DNA of 64,000 nt from an uncultured Gemmatimonadales bacterium (GTDB lineage Bacteria; Gemmatimonadota; Gemmatimonadetes; Longimicrobiales; RSA9): the NCBI GenBank assembly GCA_963708135.1, contig OY970192.1, forward strand, positions 4,000,001 through 4,064,000, in the 5' to 3' direction. The notes below the pieces were generated by a model. That model was not told the DNA's origin and made no database searches. It saw nothing but the letters and a program-made list of their open reading frames with translations. Shown in pieces: positions 58,786 through 64,000 of this stretch. The translations under genes and the position numbers were made by a program. The first letter of the stretch is position 1; each line of letters starts with the position of its first letter.

Positions 58786-59967
58786 ATGAGCTTATTCGAT
58801 AAGTGCAGACGCTTCACTCGGGCCCGGGAGGCGCAAGCCGCCGGTTACTACCCGTACTTCACGCCGATCGAAGCGTCGTACGATACCGAGGTCGTGATCC
58901 GCGGCCAGCGGAAGGTGATGGTCGGCTCGAACAACTATCTCGGGCTGACGCACCATCCGCGTGTGCTGGAATCGGCCGAGGCGGCGCTGCGGCGCTACGG
59001 GAGCGGGTGCACGGGGAGCCGGTTCCTTAACGGGACGCTGGATCTCCACGAGGAGCTCGAGGAGCGGCTGGCGCGCTTCATGGGGAAGGAGTCGGCGCTG
59101 GTGTTCAGCACCGGCTACCAGACGAACCTCGGGGTGATCTCCGCGCTGGTGGGGCGGGACGACCACCTGTACTCGGACAAGCTGAACCACGCGAGCATCG
59201 TGGATGGGTCGCGGCTGGCGTTCGGGGTAGTGCACCGGTACACGCACGGGGATCTGGCGGCGCTGGAGCGGGAGCTCTCGCGCTCACCGCAGGACGCGGG
59301 GAAGCTGATCGTCACGGACGGCATCTTCTCCATGGAAGGCGACATAGCGGATCTCCCGGGGATCGTGGCGCTGGCGGAGTTCTACGGGGCGGAGGTAATG
59401 GTGGACGACGCGCACTCGCTGGGAGTGCTCGGGGAGCGCGGCGGCGGCACGGCGCAGCATTTCCGGCTGGAGGACAGGGTCGCGCTGGTGATGGGCACGT
59501 TCTCGAAGTCGCTGGCCTCGATCGGCGGGGTGATTGCGGGGCCGGAGCCGGTGATCCACTACCTGAAGCACCACGCGCGCTCGCTGATCTTCAGCGCGAG
59601 CATGCCGCCGTCTGCGGTGGCCTCGGTGCTCGCGGCGCTGGACGTGATCGAGGAGGAGCCGGAGCGGCGCGCGGCGCTGTGGCGAAACACGCGTCGCATC
59701 CAGCAGGGCCTGCGGGCGCTGGGCTACGACACGGGGAAGAGCGAGACGCCCGTGATCCCGGTTCTGATCGGCGACATGGAGCGGATGCTGGTGTTCTGGA
59801 AGGAGCTCTTCGACTTCGGCGTGTTCACGAACCCGGTCACGCCGCCAGCGGTGCCGGAGAACTCGTGCCGGCTGCGGATCTCGGTCATGGCGACGCATAC
59901 GGACGAGCACATCGACTTCGTGCTGGATGCGTTCGCGCACGTGGGACGCCGGATGGCGGTGATCTGA
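58786..59967 (+). CDS. spt: Serine palmitoyltransferase-like alpha-oxoamine synthase
   Basis: GYYPYFTPIE, GSNNYLGL, GSGCTGSRFLNGT, NHAS, DDAH, GTFSKS; flanked by bCerS-like and reductase genes. Confidence 0.78.
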   Translation: MSLFDKCRRFTRAREAQAAGYYPYFTPIEASYDTEVVIRGQRKVMVGSNNYLGLTHHPRVLESAEAALRRYGSGCTGSRFLNGTLDLHEELEERLARFMGKESALVFSTGYQTNLGVISALVGRDDHLYSDKLNHASIVDGSRLAFGVVHRYTHGDLAALERELSRSPQDAGKLIVTDGIFSMEGDIADLPGIVALAEFYGAEVMVDDAHSLGVLGERGGGTAQHFRLEDRVALVMGTFSKSLASIGGVIAGPEPVIHYLKHHARSLIFSASMPPSAVASVLAALDVIEEEPERRAALWRNTRRIQQGLRALGYDTGKSETPVIPVLIGDMERMLVFWKELFDFGVFTNPVTPPAVPENSCRLRISVMATHTDEHIDFVLDAFAHVGRRMAVI

Positions 59968-59971
59968 GGGG

Positions 59972-61159
59972 ATGGCGGCGAACGCGCAGGACGCGGTAGG
60001 ACGGCAGGTGGAGCAGGGTGGCAGGAGCACCGGAGAGGTCCAGGTCAGGCCGGTAACGAGCCGGCGTGAGCTGGACCTCTTCATCAAGCTTCCCTGGAAG
60101 ATCTACCGGGACGATCCCGCGTGGATCCCGCCTCTGCTGATGGATGTCCGGAACGTGCTGGACCGCGGCAAGCACCCGTTCCACGAGCATGCGGAGGTGG
60201 AATACTTCCTGGCGTGGCGAGACGGCTCGGCGGTGGGGCGGATCGCGGCGATCGTGAACCGCCTGCACCTCGACTTCCACGGCGACAAGCTGGGGTTCTT
60301 CGGGCTGTTCGAGGCGCCCGACGACGCCTCCGTCTCGGCCGCGCTGCTGCGCGCGGCGGAGGCATGGCTGCGCGAGAGGGGCATGGAGCGGGCGCAGGGG
60401 CCGCAGAACCTGTCCACGAACGAGGAGCTGTGCAGCCCCGGAGTGCTGATCGAAGGCAACGACCAGCCGCCGTTCATCATGATGGCGCACACGCCGGCGT
60501 ACTACGCCCGCCTGCTGGAGGACGCGGGGTACCAGAAGGCCAAGGACCTGCTGGCGTACAAGGTCCTGCCGAATCCTCCGGAGCGGCTGGTGAAGGGGGT
60601 GGAGCGGGTGGTCCGCTCAAAGGCGGCGGGGCTCACGCTGCGCAAGTTCAACCTGAAGGACTTCGACGCCGACGTGGCGCGCATGAAGGAGGTCTACAAC
60701 AGCGCGTGGGAGCGGAACTGGGGCTTCGTGCCCATGACGGACGCGGAGTTCAACCACCTGGCCAAGCAGCTCAAGCCGGTAGTGGACCCGGACTACGCCC
60801 TGATTGCGGAGGTGGGAGACGAGCCGGTCGGTTTCGCGGTCGCGCTGCCGGACTACAACCAGGCGATCCGGCACACGGATGGCCGGCTCTTCCCGCTCGG
60901 GCTGCTGAAGCTGCTGTGGTACCGGCGCAAGATCAACCAGCACCGGGTGATCACACTGGGGCTGAAGCCGGCGTATCGGCGTTTCGGGGTGGACGCGATG
61001 ATGTACCTGCGGATGTTCGAGACGTCGAGGGACCTCGGGCACGCGGGCGCCGAGGCGTCGTGGATCCTGGAGGACAACTGGGAGATGCGGCGGGGTCTGG
61101 AGCGGATGGGCGCCTGGACGTACAAGACATACCGGCTGTACGAGAAGCCGCTCGGCTGA
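59972..61159 (+). CDS. GNAT-fold protein, bacterial ceramide synthase (bCerS/YghO-like)
   Basis: FIKLPWKIY..DPAWIPPL, VGRIAA, GFFGLFE, NWGFVP, LPDYNQ, SWILEDN. Confidence 0.78.
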   Translation: MAANAQDAVGRQVEQGGRSTGEVQVRPVTSRRELDLFIKLPWKIYRDDPAWIPPLLMDVRNVLDRGKHPFHEHAEVEYFLAWRDGSAVGRIAAIVNRLHLDFHGDKLGFFGLFEAPDDASVSAALLRAAEAWLRERGMERAQGPQNLSTNEELCSPGVLIEGNDQPPFIMMAHTPAYYARLLEDAGYQKAKDLLAYKVLPNPPERLVKGVERVVRSKAAGLTLRKFNLKDFDADVARMKEVYNSAWERNWGFVPMTDAEFNHLAKQLKPVVDPDYALIAEVGDEPVGFAVALPDYNQAIRHTDGRLFPLGLLKLLWYRRKINQHRVITLGLKPAYRRFGVDAMMYLRMFETSRDLGHAGAEASWILEDNWEMRRGLERMGAWTYKTYRLYEKPLG

Positions 61160-61171
61160 AAGCGCCGGTCC

Positions 61172-61591
61172 TCAGGCGGCGGCGCGCGGGCTGGCGGCGG
61201 GCAAGGCGAGCGCGATGGTCCAGCTCGAGGTGGAGATCTGGTTCTCCACCGTGAGGTGGACCTCCTGCCCGGGGCTGACCAGAAGAACCTCCGTCTGAAA
61301 ATACGAGTTGGAGCCGATCGGGTCGACCAGCAACCGGAGGTCGGACGCGGTGAGCAGCTCGCGCGGCAGCCTGAAGACGGCCTCCCGCCCCGTGGTCACG
61401 TCGCCGAGCCGGTAGCGCACGCCGGTGCGGGTGGCGTAGATCACGACATCGCTCCAGTTGTGGTTGGTCACGCGGACGGTGATCGGCTCCTGGGGCTCGT
61501 ACTCGTCATTCCCCTTGTGCTTGAACGGATAGAAGCAGGCGGAGAGGGCGAGGGCAGCGATCGCGGGGGTGGCAAGGCGTCGGATGATCAA
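61172..61591 (-). CDS. Small hypothetical lipoprotein
   Basis: SD GGAGG then TTG 61591; LSAC lipobox; VTNHNWSDVVIY...RLGDV. Confidence 0.65.
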   Translation of the reverse strand: MIIRRLATPAIAALALSACFYPFKHKGNDEYEPQEPITVRVTNHNWSDVVIYATRTGVRYRLGDVTTGREAVFRLPRELLTASDLRLLVDPIGSNSYFQTEVLLVSPGQEVHLTVENQISTSSWTIALALPAASPRAAA

Positions 61592-61743
61592 GGGGACCTC
61601 CTGCCGAAGGCGCGGCGGAGCGGGTTCTCCCGGCGAGCGCGGGACCAGGGAAGGAATACACCGACCCTCGGGCGGAGTTCTCCATCCGGTCGGGGTGCAC
61701 CCAGACATCTAGCCGGCCGGGGGCCGGAGCGGATCCAGGGAAG

Positions 61744-62709
61744 ATGGCGCAAGCGCAGCAGCGCTCGGTCGCGGAAGGCGCGGCGGGGGTGTCCCTCGAG
61801 GAGCGTCCCGACGGGGGCGGACTCCAGGACAGGCGGGCGATGGACCGCCAGTTCGGGGTCTACGCCATTCTCTCCAGCACGGCGCTGGCCTTCGCGCACC
61901 GCCCCTCCACCTGGCCGCTCATCGCGGCGCTGCACCTGACGGCGGCAGGCCTCGCGGCCGGGCTCGGACCCTTTGCGCGGGTCACGGGGACGCTGCGGCG
62001 GCGCCTGCCGGGCGTGACGGAGCTGCTGCACGACTGGTATCCGCTGATCCTCATGCCGCTCCTCTATACGGAGCTCGCGACGCTGAACCTCGCGGTCTGG
62101 GGCGGGCGGTACTTCGATCCGGTCATCCTGTCGGTGGAGCAGGCGGTCTTCCACGCGCAGCCGAGCCGGATGCTCTGGCAGCGCTTCCCGTACCTGCCGC
62201 TCTCGGAGCTGCTGCACAGCGCGTATCTCTCCTATTACCTGATCATCTACGTCCCGCCGATCGTGCTCTACGCGATGGGCCGGCGGGGGGATTTTCGGCG
62301 GCTCGTGTTTCCGCTCATGCTCACGTATTTCGTGCACTACCTGGTCTTTGTTTACTTCCCGGTCCAGGGTCCTCGCTACCTGTTTCCGGCGCCCGGCGGG
62401 GCGCTGGCGCGGGGACCGGTCTACCGGCTCGCCCACCACATCCTGGAGTCCGGCTCGAGCCGCGGGGCGGCGTTCCCGTCATCCCACGTGGCGGTCTCCA
62501 CGGCGCAGGCCCTGCTGGTAAGGCGCTTTCTGCCACGCCTGTTCCCGTACGTCGCGGTGGCGGCGCTGCTGCTTGCCGTGGGCACCGTCTATGGCGGATT
62601 CCACTACGCCACGGACGCGTGCGTCGGGTTTCTCATGGGGATTCTCCTGGTGCTCCTCGCCCCGAGGGTGAAGCGGCTCCTGCTGGCGCGTTCCGGGGCC
62701 TCCGCGTGA
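61744..62709 (+). CDS. PAP2-superfamily membrane enzyme (PAP2_3 / Aur1 IPC-synthase-like)
   Basis: Multi-TM; AYLSYY, FPVQGPRY, AFPSSHVA, HYATD; start uncertain. Confidence 0.8.
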   Translation: MAQAQQRSVAEGAAGVSLEERPDGGGLQDRRAMDRQFGVYAILSSTALAFAHRPSTWPLIAALHLTAAGLAAGLGPFARVTGTLRRRLPGVTELLHDWYPLILMPLLYTELATLNLAVWGGRYFDPVILSVEQAVFHAQPSRMLWQRFPYLPLSELLHSAYLSYYLIIYVPPIVLYAMGRRGDFRRLVFPLMLTYFVHYLVFVYFPVQGPRYLFPAPGGALARGPVYRLAHHILESGSSRGAAFPSSHVAVSTAQALLVRRFLPRLFPYVAVAALLLAVGTVYGGFHYATDACVGFLMGILLVLLAPRVKRLLLARSGASA

Positions 62710-63440
62710 GCCGACGGCGCCTGCTGCTCGCGGGCGCGACGGCGCTCGCGGCCGTGATCGTATGGAGCGCGTCCGCGGCTCTCCCGTGGCCCGCGCGGGC
62801 GTGGACAGCGCTCCTGCTGACGCTGCTGCCGGTGGTGATGACTGCGCAGGCGGCGGCGGTGGGCGAGCTGCGGGGGGAGGTGCCGCGCACGGCGATCTAT
62901 GCCAGTTCTGCGGTGGCGCTGTGGGGGCTGGCGGCGATCACCGTGATCGTCACCTGGCGCAGCCATCTCGGCCGGGCGAATCTGCGGCTGGTGCCGCTCG
63001 GGCCGGGGCCGCTCCTGGGCTGGGCAGCCGCCACGACGGCTGCCGGGCTGGCCGTGCTGTTCGCCTGGCGGCTGCTCGGCGCGCGGGAGTCGCCGCTGCT
63101 GCGGGACCTGCTCCCGGTGACGGGCCGTGACCGGCTGGGATTCATCGGGCTTTCGGCAACGGCCGGAGCGACCGAGGAGCTCGTCTTCCGCGGCTTCCTG
63201 CTGTTCGCGCTGACGGCGGCCTCCGGATCGGTGGGACTGGCGCTCGTGCTCAGCTCGGCGGTGTTCGGCGTCGCCCATGCATACCAGGATGCGGCGGGCT
63301 CGGTGCGGGCGGGTGTGCTGGGCGCCCTGCTGGCGGGGTGCGCGGTGCTCGCCGGAAGCCTGTTTCCCGCGATGCTGGCCCATGCCGCCATCGACCTGCT
63401 CTCGGGTCTCTGGCTCTCGCGCTGGCTCGTCGGCGACTGA
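62706..63440 (+). CDS. CPBP (Abi/CAAX) intramembrane metalloprotease
   Basis: EELVFRG, FGVAHAYQ, HAAID; GTGA overlap with the PAP2 stop. Confidence 0.88.
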   Translation: MSRRRLLLAGATALAAVIVWSASAALPWPARAWTALLLTLLPVVMTAQAAAVGELRGEVPRTAIYASSAVALWGLAAITVIVTWRSHLGRANLRLVPLGPGPLLGWAAATTAAGLAVLFAWRLLGARESPLLRDLLPVTGRDRLGFIGLSATAGATEELVFRGFLLFALTAASGSVGLALVLSSAVFGVAHAYQDAAGSVRAGVLGALLAGCAVLAGSLFPAMLAHAAIDLLSGLWLSRWLVGD

Positions 63441-63468
63441 GGTGGCGGCGCGCGGAGAGGAGGAGCGG

Positions 63469-64000
63469 ATGGGAGGCGATGTGGAGCGTTGTGGCTGGGC
63501 AGGGACGGATTCGCTGTACGTGGCCTACCACGACACGGAATGGGGCGTCCCGGAACGTGATAGTCGCAAGCTGTTCGAGCACCTGCTGCTCGACGGGATG
63601 CAGGCGGGTCTCTCCTGGATCACCATCCTGCGCAAGCGGGAGGGTTACCGGCGCGCGTTCCTGGACTTTGACCCGGAGCGGATCGCCCGGTTCGGCGATG
63701 CGGATGCGGCGCGCCTCATGGCGGATCCCGGGATCGTGAGGAACCGGCAGAAGGTCGCGGCGGCGATCGGCAATGCGCGTGCGTACCTGGACGTCGAGCA
63801 AGGCGGGAGCTCCTTCTCGGGGCTCCTCTGGGGATTCGTGGGCGGGACGCCCCGGGTGAACCACTGGCGCGCCCTGTCGGATCTTCCCGCGCAGACACCG
63901 GAGTCGACCGCGATGAGCAAGGAGCTGCGGCGCCTCGGGTTCCGCTTCGTCGGCCCGACGATCTGCTATGCGTTCATGCAGGCGGCGGGTCTGGTGAACG
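63469..64000 (+). CDS. tag: DNA-3-methyladenine glycosylase I, 3'-truncated by the window edge (not in the ORF track)
   Basis: RCGWA..YVAYHDTEWG, QAGLSWITILRKR, GIVRNRQK, FRFVGPTICYAFMQAAGLVN. Confidence 0.93.
   Translation, partial: MGGDVERCGWAGTDSLYVAYHDTEWGVPERDSRKLFEHLLLDGMQAGLSWITILRKREGYRRAFLDFDPERIARFGDADAARLMADPGIVRNRQKVAAAIGNARAYLDVEQGGSSFSGLLWGFVGGTPRVNHWRALSDLPAQTPESTAMSKELRRLGFRFVGPTICYAFMQAAGLVN

Noticed and set aside
58786..59967. BioF or Kbl assignment for the oxoamine synthase
   Set aside because: No bio or tdh genes nearby; the N-terminal pattern and neighbours fit SPT better, though not excluded without a phylogeny
1..64000. CRISPR arrays, tRNA and rRNA genes
   Set aside because: No regularly spaced repeats, cloverleaf or rRNA-like sequence recognised by eye; tRNAscan-SE and Infernal would be needed for certainty

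Overview
GC-rich bacterial chromosomal segment with about 60 CDS. The gene repertoire and protein style suggest Gemmatimonadota, but this is inference only. Core content: a MacA plus two MacB-type permease operon (one with a 1-nt frameshift), GH18, greA, a relic GMC oxidoreductase, a 924-aa Thr/Ala/Ser-rich surface lipoprotein, an M1 peptidase, tdk, acuB-acuC-GNAT, rhodanese plus SufU-like scaffold, an L,D-transpeptidase, ispH, a peptidase/hydrolase operon, a GGDEF protein, a PLP decarboxylase, dacB, a full sufCBD-Rieske-sufS-sufU operon with a Fur-like box, thiolase, ferredoxin, pduO-type adenosyltransferase, LD-carboxypeptidase, fabI, and a partial tag. Three things stand out. (1) A lower-GC cassette at about 16.5-24.8 kb encodes an unannotated 25-aa hydrophobic peptide directly upstream of a multi-TM HD-GYP protein, an IS1634-disrupted isochorismatase-family gene, an AraC-type regulator and a BTAD-STAND-TPR regulator; it is a candidate peptide-sensing c-di-GMP signalling module. 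(2) A reductase/SPT/ceramide-synthase-like operon followed by an Aur1/PAP2_3-like gene is a probable sphingolipid pathway. (3) Several long 5' leaders carry clustered GGA motifs, including a three-hairpin RNA ahead of a small ORF that may start at ATT; these are candidate CsrA/Rsm-type control elements. No rRNA, tRNA or CRISPR array was recognised.
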